Positions 25,269 through 37,756 of a DNA stretch of 64,000 bases are shown here, one piece after another. The DNA lies in assembly GCF_035594765.1 (NCBI RefSeq), contig NC_085842.1:208517747-208581746 (forward strand), given 5' to 3'. Origin of the DNA: Anolis carolinensis (taxonomy: Eukaryota). Each line of letters opens with the position of its first letter. Position 1 is the first letter of the stretch. A program made the position numbers and the translations under genes. The notes under the pieces are model-generated. The model did no database searches and was not told where the DNA came from. It saw only the letters and a program-made list of their open reading frames with translations.

Positions 25269-27649
25269 ATGCCCCATAACTGTTCTTGATTTTTCTTTGT
25301 AGGACTTTTGAGGCGGCAAACAGAGAAGCCCGGTCTCTTTGCCCAATATCCCAGAAGTCTTGACTTACAAACCCATGGAGATGCTAAATGAGAACCGAAT
25401 TCACCCTCAGACGCACATTCCTTTTTCTCCCTTTTATAAAAATGCCTTTCTCCCTTTCCCACTCCCTCCTTTAAATTACTAATATCAATTATTCATGAGC
25501 GAGGCTTAGCCTAGTCTTTCCGAATGTTTGATTTTAAGGACAGCAGTGAAATAATTACATTCTCTCTCAAGGATAGTTGTGTGGAGGTTCCCCCCCCCCA
25601 TCTTAAAGACGCAATAACAACCAGAGGGGTGTTTTTTTTAGAGAACGGGCACCATTTTTGACAATAGATCCATAAAATCTTTGAAAGACATAGAGAAAGA
25701 TTTATATTTTTATTCTCCTTTGTTTTGTTTTTTAATCTGCGACATTATTATTATTATTATAGAGGAAAGCGATAATAATAAGGGACAATAGAACAGAGGC
25801 AGCAGCAGTCAGGAGCATGTTATTGAGCTGATCAAAAATATTGTGTTGTTCCATATAAGGGAATCTTTCCCTCTCATGAAACCGATGCTGTCTTAAGGAG
25901 CTCAAATCCCACTTAAATCAATGAGGATGAAAAGATCTAAGCGAGGAAGTATGAGACTGCACAGCCGCCTGATCTATTGGATAGGATTATCCAATTTATA
26001 ATATTGTCTCCCTTTAGTCTCAAGGTGTTTCCAGACTTCTTGGCTACATCTCCTATTTAAGGGCTGGATATATTTGAGAACTGAAGGGGGGTTCATGAGA
26101 TGGGATAATTTTATTTTCTAACTGACGTGATGAAAAGCTTAGGGTGTCTAGCATTATTATTTATCTCTGCTCTCTATCCTGAACTATTGTTATCGGAGCA
26201 CGGAATATAAATGTCTCCGCCAGACATATGGGAAGCTGAAGTTACTCTTCCCCCGGATTGATAAGAGAACAAAGCCATGCAGTCTCGGGAAGCCACAAAG
26301 CCAGAGAGAGAGAAAAGGACAAGAGATCAAAACAAAGAACTAGGTCTTCTTTTAAAAAATAAAAATAAAATAAAATCCCAATAGTATGGGATTATTTTAG
26401 ATCGCACACGAAGGAGGCTGTAAAACGGTTTATTCCACGGCGGGTTAACAGAGAGAGATAAAATATCTCCATTTAAAAGCGTGAATTATAAGGCGGCGCC
26501 TGGAAAGGTTAAGAATATGGGCTAGCCCTGCATAATGTCGGGTTAACGTTGCTTGGCTGCCGGACACAGGACTCGCGTTTAGAAGGTACAGACATGCGGC
26601 TGGGAAAGGAGGGCTTGCTTGCATGTGGGCACTTGGGAAAGGGGATGGGGGAGATGGGGGAGATCAGGGGCTGCCCCTTTAATAGAGAGAGGAAATACAA
26701 ATGTTTATTTGATTAACACGTGATTTCTCACCCCCCCCTTTCTTCCTACCTAGCGGGGGCATGAAAGTATCCAGCGGGCCATTAACGTAAAGGAAGCTCC
26801 CCCCCCCATAACCGAGGCAGAGGAATGTGGAGAATCCTGGGGGGAGGGGGCCTTTTAAACCTTAACGTGAAATATGTGTGGGTAGAACACAACCCTTCTC
26901 TTTTTTCCTTTTCTTGGTTTCTCTGGAGCGGGGTGTCGCGTCTCTCTTAAATCCGTCCTGACCTCTATAGGAGTATTTACGGTAATTTTGCCCTCTCGCC
27001 CGGCGGCCTTGGAAGTTGGTGGCGGAGAAAATTCCTCAGACCTTCTTGGGAGGGAGGAGGGCAGGGAGGAAATCGGGAGGAGGAATATATGTGTGTGCGC
27101 GCACGTTAATAATATAAAATTGTGTATATATATTATATTATATTATAATATATTACATATATATACTTTAACCTTATAGAAATATATCTGTATATATATA
27201 TCCATCCCCACTAGATAACATCTCTTTCCTTTGTTCTCTCAAGCGCCAGGGTTGGATTCTTCCCAAATATGGATTATCTTTAAGGCTCTCCCTCCCACTC
27301 CCTTTTGGGAGGGGTAGGAAGCTCGATTCCCAGAGACAGAGAGGATCTGTTTTCTGGGAAGCAGCTGTCTTTGCGGGAGGACCAAGTTTGCTAGGAATTA
27401 GATATTTCTCTAGATCCTATGTTCATCCCTATATACGGATTCCTATAACTTTGATCCCGCCTCCCTATAGTTATGACAGGTGAGAAGTGGGGAGAATAGA
27501 CACCCTCCCATTCCCTTTGTTCCATCAAGGACCCCACTTCAGGAAGAGAACCACTCATTTAAAAAGCCAGGGAAATGTACGCAAATGACACTTGAATTTT
27601 CCCATATCCCCCCCTTTTTAAAAAAAATGAAGATCGAGTTCACCCGAGT

Positions 27650-27878
27650 TGGAATCACTGGGTTGCTGTGAGTTTTCCGGGTTGTATGGTCATGTTCCAG
27701 AAGCATTTTCTTCTGATGTTTCTCCCACCCTGAACATTCACAAATATATAATCCCAATTTGCCTGGTTTCCAACATATTTCACTACCTCTGAGGCTGCCT
27801 GCCATAGATGCAGGCGAAACGTCAGGAGGGAAAGCTTCTGTAACATGGCCGTACATCCCGGAAAACTCACAGCAACCC
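27650..27878. mobile_element. Inverted PLE terminal-repeat pair about 0.9 kb upstream of HOXC12
   Basis: Minus copy followed by a plus copy. Confidence 0.78.
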
Positions 27879-28659
27879 GATTTATGTTTGCTTCAAAAAA
27901 AATCAACCGGGTGTGGGGCTGGGAGGAAGTAGAAAGGTGGAAGGGCTGGAGCTGCTTGGAAAACTCTTCCACCCCTCTCATCTGTAAATATGAGCCTGTT
28001 GCGGTTAGACTCATTCGTCTCCTTAAAGAGCCTGTAAACTTTATATGACACAATATCTAATAGTAATTTATTAGGAGATATTGTAAATTCCAACCGGTTT
28101 TAAGTTAATAAAGGGAGCCAATTAATGAGGGAAATAGCTTAATTTTGCCAGCTGTTGAAGGCACCCTGGACGCAGCTGGGTATGCTTTATTTTTTGTAAA
28201 AAAAAAAATCAGAATATATAGAAATGTCGGTTTAGAGATAGATGCACCCCTATGTGTTTTACAATACCGTGGCTTTCTCAGGCCAGTGCTTAAAGCCCGT
28301 TTGTTTTATTTTATAATATGTTTTATGATTTTTAAAAGCAGCATATAAAAGAAGAAGAAGGGGAGAAAGAGAACAAACACGAAAGGCATTATTTTATTTA
28401 TTAATTTATTTACTGGACTTATACCCCTCACTCAGGGCGGCTTGCAAACTATGGCAATAATTCAATGCCAGATTCAGACGATAGCAATATCAGTAAAACA
28501 CACTATTATAAAACTGTAAAAACATATATATATCAATTAAAATAGTCTTTCGAATATCAAAAGTCTAGCAACAAGGGAGGTTTGTAAACATTGAACCAAT
28601 TGCTTCTCCCGTTCTGTTTTGTTTGGTCTCAAATTGCTAAAGGTGGGTGGCACCCTTTT

Positions 28660-28799
28660 CCTCCCCCCCTCCCCTTCTTTTCCAACGCGAGTTGGCGCTC
28701 ACGTGACCCCCTTGCGGACCAATGGGGCGGACCTTTAGGTTTAACTATGTTTAATGTCAGATAGCAATAAACTAGAAGCTCTCGGTCAGGCCCGCGGAA
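28660..28799 (+). promoter_or_regulatory. HOXC12 proximal promoter/5' UTR
   Basis: TCACGTGA E-box at about 28700, CCAAT at 28719, GC box GGGCGG at 28725, then an AT-rich block just before the ATG. Start of a CpG island. Confidence 0.6.
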
Positions 28800-29409
28800 A
28801 TGGGCGAGCATAATCTCCTGAATCCGGGGTTTGTGGGGCCGCTGGTGAACATCCACACGGGAGACACCTTCTACTTCCCCAACTTCCGGGCTTCCGGGGG
28901 CCAGCTCCCCGGCTTGCCGTCGCTCTCCTACCCGCGGAGGGACAATGTCTGCTCGCTGCCCTGGGCCGCTTCCGAGCCCTGCAACGGGTACCCGCAGCCC
29001 TACCTCGGCAGCCCCGTCTCCCTCAACCCGTCCTCCTTCGGCCGCGCCTGCGACCTGGCCCGCGTGGAGGAGAGCAAGTGCTACTACCGCGAGGCCTGCT
29101 CCGAGGGCGCGCCGCTCAAGCGCGAGGACCGGGCGGGGGGCGGGAGGGACGGAGGCGCCCTGATGCCCCTCGAGCCCGGCGGCCTCCCCGGCAGCGGCGG
29201 CATGGGCGCCGTCGCCGCCACCTTCTCCAAGTTCGACTACCCGGCCGTGGCCCCCGAGGCGCTGCCCCACGACCCCGCCTCCTGCCAGTCCTTGGAGTCC
29301 GACTCCAGCTCCTCTTTGCTCAACGAAGGCAACAAGGGAGGCGCCGGCAGCAACGAGCCTTCCGCGATGATCTCCCCTTTGCACCAAGGAGGAAGCCTCT
29401 CCGCCCCCG
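28800..29409 (+). CDS. HOXC12: Homeobox protein Hox-C12, coding exon 1
   Basis: [33 protein letters not shown] is the HOXC12 N-terminus; also [16 protein letters not shown]. Donor CCCG|GTAAGC after 29409. Confidence 0.96.
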
Positions 29410-29774
29410 GTAAGCCGGCACCGCAGCGAGATCCATAACTCTATCCCCAAGACATAAAATATCCCCAGTGATGTATCCCCCTTCCTTTCTCTCTCTCTGT
29501 ATCTCTCTCTACGGTGTCTCCCTTCCTCTTCCTCCTCTTCTCTCTCTCTCCCAAAGTCTCCTCGCTCCAGATCAACTCCTCCTGGGCTCCGAAGGCAAGG
29601 AAGGTCTATTTGTGCCGAGGCCGCTAGGGGTAGCACTCAAATGCCTCGCGCTTTTATGAGGTGGTGCTTCTTTGAAAAGAAAAGCCTATAAACATGTAAA
29701 TATCCCATAAAAAAAATAAGAGAGACAGAGAGAGGATGGGCAAGGCAAGCAGACCGCGCTCCATGCTTCTTTCT

Positions 29775-30620
29775 CTCTCCATCCCCAAACCTGATGGGTT
29801 TGGTAACAGAAAGGGAACCCAGAAAGGGGTTTCTTCTCCAGTTATTGAGACATATACATATCTCCTCTATCTCCAAACCTCACGGGTTTGGCAGTAGATA
29901 GGAACCTAGAAAGGGGCTTCTTCTCCAGTTATTGAGACATATACATATCTCCTCTATCTCCAAACTTCACGGGTTTGGCAGTAGATAGGAACCTAGAAAG
30001 GGGCTTCTTCTCCAGTTATTGAGACATATACATATCTCCTCTATCTCCAAACTTCAGGGGTTTGGCAGTAGATAGGAACCTAGAAAGGGGCTTCTTCTCC
30101 AGTTATTGAGACATATACATATCTCCTCTATCTCCAAACTTCACGGGTTTGGCAGTAGATAGGAATCTAGAAAGGGGCTTCTTCTCCAGTTATTGTTGAA
30201 TATATATATTTCTCCTCCACCTCCAAACCTCCTGGGTTTGGCAATAGATAGGACCCAGAAAAGAGTTTCTTCTCCAGTTATTGTTGTATTTTTTTCGTGT
30301 CAGGAGCGACTTGAGAAACTACAAGTCGCCTCTGGTGTGAGGGAATTGGCCGTTTGCAAAGATGTTGCCCAGGGAACGCCAGGATGTTTTACCATCTTGT
30401 GGGAGGCTTCTCTCTTGTCCCCGCATGGGAAGCTGGAGCTGACAGACGGGAGCTCACTCCGCTCCCGGATTCGAACCGGGTTAAACCCATTGCGCCACGA
30501 GAGCTCCTTATTGTTGTAATATATATATATATATATATATATATCCCCTCCATCTCCAAACCTCATGGGTTTGGCAATAGATATGGACCTAGAAAGGGGT
30601 TTCTTCTCGAGTTGTTATTT
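29775..30620. repeat. 87-bp minisatellite, about 7 units, in the HOXC12 intron
   Basis: AGAAAGGGG recurs at 29821, 29908, 29995, 30082, 30169 (period 87), then about 30257. One more unit follows the SINE. Confidence 0.92.
30289..30507 (-). mobile_element. tRNA-derived SINE in the HOXC12 intron, inserted in a minisatellite
   Basis: B-box GGTTCGAATCC on the minus strand, A-tail, 11-bp TSD TTATTGTTGTA at 30278-30288 and 30508-30518. Confidence 0.88.
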
Positions 30621-31685
30621 CAAATAGTTTCAATAAGTTCCTTGTCGGCAGCTCTCCGAGTCTTCGGCTCAGAGAGGACTATCATTGGGAGGACTTTGAA
30701 TAACTCTTTCTCTCTTTCGCTGGAGTTATTTCTGGTGAAAGTCAGGGGAGGAATATCTCAAAACAAGAGGCTTCCCAGTCCATCGAGAAACCTGGCTTTC
30801 CAAGCCCCAGCTCTCTCCTCACCACCCCACAGCCCAATACAAAACCGCTATCAGTCCATATAGAGATCTCCTTTTAATAATGGAGCCTGTTTGAAAGAAA
30901 GGAGCCTTTCTCATAGACTTCCCGCTTCACTGGTGAGCAAGCCTTCCAGGAAGAAGGGCCAGTGGGTTGCCTTCCGCTTTGAGGTGCCTCTGGGTTGGCC
31001 TGTGGCTGCATGCATACTTTCTTTTCCTCTACTAAGCCTCGTTATTGGGGCTCCAACATGGAGACCCCCACCCCTTTCCCACTTTTGAACCACCACACTT
31101 CATAGCATTGCCTTGACGACTGCTTTCTCTGCGAAAATTACATTAAACTTCATTCCAGGGTATGGCTGATCCTGAATTTTCGAGTTGATGGAATTTGAGC
31201 AGCCGATTCTAACTCTGCTCTGTCTTGTCCTTCCATGTCTTAAAATCAAAAGCCAACCTCCTTTCCAGCAACCCAACAGCAAAGCGTTGGTATGCATACC
31301 ATTCAAACTGTGCATGAGAGACAACGCTAGCAGCCATTTGCTTCTGCCTTGTCTTCAATTTGTATTGGCTTTCCGCGCTATTCCTGATCCAGTACCTTTG
31401 GGTCTTCGGATCTAAGACGCAGGTGGTTTAGGCTTCCTCCTTTTCGTTCTTTCTTTCCTTCTCTTCTTCCTTTCTTTCTCCAGGGGCTAAATATTCCCTA
31501 CATTATGTACAGAGAGCTGGAGCTTCACCTTGGCCAAGAACTTGAACTGAAAGTTGGCTGAAAGGGAGGAATTGGTGGATTTTTTTCCTCCCTAGCCATT
31601 GTCCCTGTTCCCCGTTCATTCTCCCTCTCTCGGTCTCGGTCTCTTTCCACGTGTAAACTCTCCTTTTCCACCACACTGTCTCTAG

Positions 31686-31924
31686 GTGCCCCCTGGTATC
31701 CGATGCACACAAGGTCTCGGAAAAAGCGAAAGCCCTATTCTAAGCTGCAGCTCGCCGAGCTGGAAGGGGAGTTCATGGTCAATGAATTCATCACTCGCCA
31801 AAGACGGAGGGAGCTTTCAGATCGGTTAAACCTGAGCGACCAGCAAGTGAAGATCTGGTTCCAGAACCGGCGCATGAAAAAGAAAAGACTCCTCCTGAGA
31901 GAACAAGCCCTTTCTTTCTTTTAA
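31686..31924 (+). CDS. HOXC12: Homeobox protein Hox-C12, coding exon 2 (homeodomain)
   Basis: Acceptor TCTAG|GT. Gives [30 protein letters not shown]...[22 protein letters not shown]. Spliced CDS is 849 nt (282 aa). Confidence 0.97.
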
Positions 31925-32821
31925 GCGCCAGACAAGTCCGTATTGGGGGAGCCACAGAGACTCCGTAGCCTTCCTCCCAGCTGACAGTCCCGGGACTCTT
32001 ACCTGTCTGGTTTCCATTGTTATCTTTTTTTTCTTTTTCAAGAAAGTCGGTATCCTTTTCAAAAGCCCAACAGCGGGCCGTTGTGCGTGTGTATGTGTAT
32101 GTAGGGAGTGAGAATGAGAACGTGAGCCCCTCTATCCCTGGACTTGTTGGGGAGAGCCTCAAATGTGAATATGAACCCCCCCCCCCCCCGCATTCACTCA
32201 CCGCCTTGGGTCTCTATGGTGAACAAGGCTTTGGCCGCCAGTGTGGCAGAGCTTCTGGATGAAAGATTGAGCCCCGTATTTCCCACACCTCTTTGCACTC
32301 AGTTTTCACAGGTAGGGCTTCCATTTGGAGCAACAGGACACCCTGGTCGGATTTCCGACGCAGTCTCCTTGGCTTTAGCGTTGAGTAGGTTGCCCGATCC
32401 ACCAACAAAGCTCTCGCCTTGCAGTCTGTAAATGGGTGTTTTGGGGTTAGCATGTTGGGATTTTTCATTCCCTGGAGGAAACCTAAAAGTAGACGTGATG
32501 CCAATTGGAACCATTCTTAGGGGGAAATGACTGAGGCCGGTTTTTATTGTTTGCCAGAGAGAACTTTCAAAACAGGTCTGACGAAGAGCGGAGTTCCACA
32601 CTCCTAAAGCAGAGAGTATTAAAATCTCTCTGAGTGTCCAGCATGTGAGGTGTGGATGAGCGCACATGTCTTCTACTAGTTGTCCCCACAACATACAGAT
32701 TGAGAAGCTCTTGGTTGTTTTCCATGTTTAAGCTCAAATAGTCTTGGGGAGTGCACTGACTGCTACACTCCGCCCGTAATGTAGATTTCTATTGGAAGGA
32801 ACGCCCTATGGCAGTCATTGG

Positions 32822-32922
32822 GTTTTTTAAATCGTGTCAGAAGCGACTTGATAACATACTGCAAGTCGCTTCTAGTGTGAGAGTATTGGCCGTCTACTCT
32901 TTGCCCAGATGACGCCCGGATG
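32822..32922 (-). mobile_element. 3' fragment of the same SINE family
   Basis: CGTGTCAGAAGCGACTTGA...CAAGTCGCTTCT..TGTGAGAG.ATTGGCCG matches the SINE tail. Confidence 0.65.
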
Positions 32923-34958
32923 TGTAAGCCCCGTGGCAGCCGTTGGGATGACTTTCGAGTAAACGGCTTGAGTCAACACGCCAACAGTAAAAAAAACCAG
33001 ACCCATTCGCCTAGTTCATCGTATTCCCCTCCTAATGAATGTCTTTTAGACTCGTTCTGTGTCACTCTGGGTGCTTAGGCTGGCTGTGGGTGCATGAGCC
33101 CCTCTCTTTTGCCCTCGCCCCACCCATTCCACCCAACTGGAGAACGCTTATTAACAATTACAACCTGTGTGCTTGATGCGGTCTCGTCCACACAGCTGAA
33201 TAAAATCCCACATTTTCTTCTTTGAACTGGGTTATATGGCAGTGTGGACTCAGATAACCCAGTTCATAGCAGATATTGTGGGATTTTCTGCCTTGATATA
33301 CTGGGTTATATGGCTGTGTGGAAGGGCCCATAGTGCTTCTCAATATTGTTGCTTATGGGATGATGGAGATAGTGGTGCTCCCTTTTATACATCAGTTATA
33401 TGGTAGCCCTTATGTGGTAACCCCTCGGAGCGAATTAAAAGCTATTAATCCCCCCTCTTCTCTTAGAGATCTCATCTAACACGATTGGTTGCCGTTTTCG
33501 AAATGAAGGAACAGGGATCCCCCTCCTCCTTATAACCTTCCTCATGTTTAGTCAGTCATTGAGTTAAAGAGGAATTAAAACCAACAGCAAGGAGCGGTAG
33601 TCTTCGGGAACCAAGAGGTGGCCTTGTGTATTTTTCAGACTTGGGTCTCTGTACACAACTACACTGTCTGTTTTCCCTTCCTGGTTTTCCATAGGTGGCC
33701 AGGGTGAACATTTGGGAGGTGTCAACTTATGTCCCCATTCCCATCCTTTCCTTCTTTTTTTGCCCTCTCCCTCTCGCTTACAACCAGACATAAACAGCCG
33801 TTCAGACTCGAAACCTTGCTTTCGGTGATATACGGTAATTTCTCACTCAAAGCTTCCATTCTTCCCTCGGTATCCCCCTCTGCAGTTTTTCCTTCAAAAG
33901 TAGTCGGGAGCAGGAAGGCTTGGGGAAGAGCAGATCTAGTAGGTCTCCCAGATCTGCTTATTTATTTGTCGCGTCAACTGAGGGTATAGTTGTAATGAAT
34001 TAAAAAACACAAACAAAGTTAAAAACTTGGCATTATATTAAATGTCCTTTGATCAGTAGCTGGCCACCTTTGACCAGTAGAGTGCCTCTGGTGTTGCTAT
34101 CAAAAGCTCCTCCATTGTGCATGTAGCAGGGCTCAGGCTGCATTGTAATAGGTGGTCTGTGGTTGTGGACTCCACATCTGCTGTCTTGTTTGTACAAAAG
34201 GAAATGCCAATGAGATTTTTCGGAGGGCTGTCACGTTGAAGCATCCCTTCCTCTTTCCTGAGTCCACTTCTGGGGTGGCAGAAGGGCGGTGTTCAACAGG
34301 ATTCCTCCTCCTTCAAAAACGCAGCCCTTGTTTAAGAGTCATTGCAAGCGCCCCCAACTCTGTTCTCACTCTTTCGCTTTCCTAGGCGCATACTTTAAGA
34401 ATATTTAAGGTGTGTGCGTGTTTGGGGGGGGGGGTTGCTTTGTCGCGGCACGCTTTGCTTCCTTCTTCGTTTTTTATATCAGAAGGGATTAATTTTACGA
34501 TAAAGGCAGGCGCTTTTCTGGCAGGGTTGCAATTTGCAAGGCTCCCCGCGTGCTTCCCGATCCCGGCGTTCATGGTCATGACCAGTGGCAGGAATGCCTC
34601 GCCTTTACGAGCTGCAAAGGATGCGGTCTAGTCCTTCAAATGCCTCCACCACCCCCACCACCCCGCCTTCCCTTGAGTCTCTACCCTCCTCGCCTCCAAC
34701 AGCCTTTCCCTTTTCCATCCATATGCTTAGGATGAGGTGAGAGGGGTTGGTGGGAGATCTTTTTCTTTTAAAAAGCCTCCCTTTCTTGCAAATAAAGAGC
34801 CCTAGAAAGCAGGCTTAAAGAAATAGGAACCCCATAGCGCGCATACTGCAGCTCTCTCTCTAAATCGGTCTCTGGCTCTCTCTTCCTCTAGACTTAAGTG
34901 CTGTTGTGAGTGACACAAAGGGAAGCCGAGGAGCCCCATCTTAAGTGCACAAGCACCT

Positions 34959-35357
34959 TGTTGGGGAATCTGAGCTGTTCGGCTCAAAATAACCCTCCAT
35001 TTTAGGATTCTCTTCTGCCTTTTCTTCCTCCCAGTAAGGACGCATTTTGCATCTCTCCAGGCAAAATGTAGCTGCATTGATATTTTCACCTTTTACCTCT
35101 TTAGAAAACGAGACTTAGCTAGTTAGCTCCAAGACCTTTTCTATCCAGAATGTATTTCTTTTACTTCAATAAATATTTTTGAACTCAAGTTCTGATTCTG
35201 CAATCCTGAACCATCCTAAGGAATAGAAGCTTCTCTCCAGTTTATCACACGTAAGTTTCTGCTGGTTGAGGAGTTTACTCTTACTTCTCTGCTATATTTT
35301 GGTGGAATTGCCCCAACTGAGGGTTATTTTGAGCCTAACAGCTCAGATTCCACAACA
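34959..35357. mobile_element. Non-autonomous TGT...ACA element with about 40-bp TIRs and a 5-bp TSD (Ginger-like or atypical solo LTR)
   Basis: TGTTGGGGAATCTGAGCTGTT..CTCAAAATAACCCTC at both ends, inverted. TSD CACCT on both sides. Related copies at about 11830-12050, 13258-13730 and 61655-61950. Confidence 0.7.
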
Positions 35358-36587
35358 CACCTACTTTTATTTTTCACCGGAAAGCTACTTTTGCAGAAAT
35401 GGCCCCATAAGCTTCTAGTCCCGGCTTCCTTTCGCCTTTGGCTTTGCAAGGGTGTGTGTCTGCGTGTGTGTGCATTTCAACAAGAAGCCTTTTCCCGAAC
35501 AAAGTGACCACCGTGAGCCATTGAAGCATAATGTGATATGTTATATAAATATATATATAGGTATATAAAAGCAAAGCGGAAGCTTTGTGTAGACGTAATA
35601 GAGGGATTGTTGTTGGCAAATGTTCCAAGCACCGGATTTCTCCATGTTGTATTTGACTGGTTTTTATTTTTTACCGCCGGCCTTCGCTTTGCCAACTTGA
35701 GGTTCTGTGACTTTGGGATGGGTTGACCAGGCGTGTAAACTTCTTAATGCGGGTTGAATTAGACCCGCGTCAGCTGGGAGGGAATGAGAAAGAGATCGAG
35801 AGAAGGAGAGAGGGGGGAGAAGGAGGAGGACGCCTGAGGAGAGACTGTCTTGTTCATATTTTTCGTGCCGAGAGCCGTTTCTCTCTCCATTGAAGGACAG
35901 GGATTGCTGCTCTTGGAATCACACGGTACACAACGCACCAGCAAGAATCCCATCCTCGGTGTGTAACTGTCCACACGAGAAGATTCTCGGTTGCCACTCC
36001 AGGGGAGGGGACAAATGTATTGGTTTTTTTAAAAGAGAGAAAATATGAAGAAGTTGAAATATATGCAATATTCTCTTTCAAATTGCATTCAAGTATTATT
36101 CCGTGTGAAATTATTCTGTCCGTCTTGTGTTAGTCCCCCGGTGTGGTCCGTGGCTCGGTCCCTTGCTTGTGAGTCTCTTAGTCTAGTTTTTTCTCCCTGC
36201 TGTTGTGAAATATGCACCCACCGCAATATAGTCCACATGTATTGTTCTTACCTCAAGCTATTCTATGTAGAGCCTATGCAAATATCTGTCATAGCACGTT
36301 TCCCCAGCTTTGTAGAGTCATGTACAAAGTTGTTTCACAATAATAATAATAATGACGATGATATTAATGATAATGATGATGACGATAATAAATTGAATGT
36401 ATTATTATGTGATTTCTGATAATAAATAAAATGGCTCCAGCCTCCAGTTGCTGATTTACTATCAAATGAGGACGAACCGGCAAGGTTAATAAAAGAGTAG
36501 TAAGTTAACCTACCTCTTCCAAAGAACAACAACAACAACAAAAACAACAACAACAACCAGTGAAATCTTCGAAGACATATAATTAAT

Positions 36588-37042
36588 GGGTTGCTGTGAG
36601 TTTTCCAGGCTGTATGGCCATGATCCAGAAGCATTCTCTCCTGCCCTTTCACCCACATCTATGACAGGCATCCTCAGAGGTTGTGAGATATATTGGATAC
36701 TTGGCAAGTGGAGTTTGTATATCTGTGGAAGGTCCAGGATGGGAGAAAGAACTCTTGTCTGTTGGAGTCAAGTGTGAATGTTGCAATTAATCACCTTGAT
36801 TAACATTGAAAAGCCTTGCAGCTTCAAACTCTGGTTTCTTCCTGCCTGGGGGAATCCTTTGTTGGGAGGTGTTAGCTGGCCCTGATTGTTTCCTGTCTGG
36901 AATTCCCTTGTTTACAGAATGTTGTTCTTTATTTACTGTCCTGATTTTAGAGTTTTTTTTTATACTGAGAGCCAGATTTTGTTCCTTTTCATGAACAATA
37001 TATGTTATTCATGAAAACGGCCATGAAAGCCTTCCACGACAC
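36588..37042 (-). mobile_element. PLE 3' fragment
   Basis: Homology to the PLE 3' end; short plus-strand piece at about 37018-37042. Confidence 0.8.
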
Positions 37043-37606
37043 ATATAGATGCTTCAATTTTTTTAAAATAATAGTAATAATAATAGGTAAATAAAATATA
37101 TTATTAAAAAGGAGGCTGCCTCAGAGCCTGATGAAACCAATCACCAGGAAAAATGTCGGGATGATAAGAAAATAAATTAACCATAGATGTTATTGTTTTA
37201 ATGAGAACCCCGTTTGGTGTTGGGTGGGAAGGAAGGAGGAGAAATCCTTGGGTGGACTGGCCTATGGATAGAATAATTGGTTAAATTATAAATATTTTTC
37301 GGACAGAGAAATATTATCCAGAAAACATTTTCGGTGAAGTTAGATTTCTAGCAAATTTGGAGAGGGAGAAAGAGTAAAGATTTATTTTTCACGGTATGTA
37401 TATTTTTAAGGAAGAAATATTATTTAACTCTAAAGATTAAATATATTGATTATGATTTTTTAAAAAAAAATCCTTGGATTTGATTGGAGAATCCCGTATT
37501 TTAATATTATATTGCCCCTACTGAATGTCCACCCATATGGTAAATATAAAAACAGTAGAATTTGTATGTGTTTTTCGGATTATCTAAAGAGTATAGCGGC
37601 AGTTAA

Positions 37607-37756
37607 GGGCCCTTCCACACAGCCCTATATCCCAGAATATCAAGGCAGAAAATCCCAAAATATCTGCTTTGAACTGAGTTATCTGAGTCCACACTGCCAT
37701 ATATTCCAGTTCAAGGCAGATAATGTGGGATTTTATTCTGCTGTGTGGAAGTGGCC
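37607..37756. mobile_element. About 150-bp PIF/Harbinger-like MITE, family A (representative copy)
   Basis: TIR GGCCCTTCCACACAGC, 3-bp TSD TAA. Other copies at about 7225-7362, 13506-13655, 15439-15588, 22150-22298, 22816-22964 (TSD TGA), 23324-23485, 24455-24587, 33180-33329, 45064-45204 (TSD TTA), 49716-49865, 50026-50177, 50563-50712, 51678-51826. Confidence 0.82.

Noticed and set aside
28629-29636. 335-aa antisense ORF over HOXC12 exon 1
   Set aside because: Same GC-rich shadow effect.
29775-30290. CRISPR-like array of palindromic repeats
   Set aside because: Eukaryotic DNA with whole units repeated and no unique spacers, so a minisatellite.
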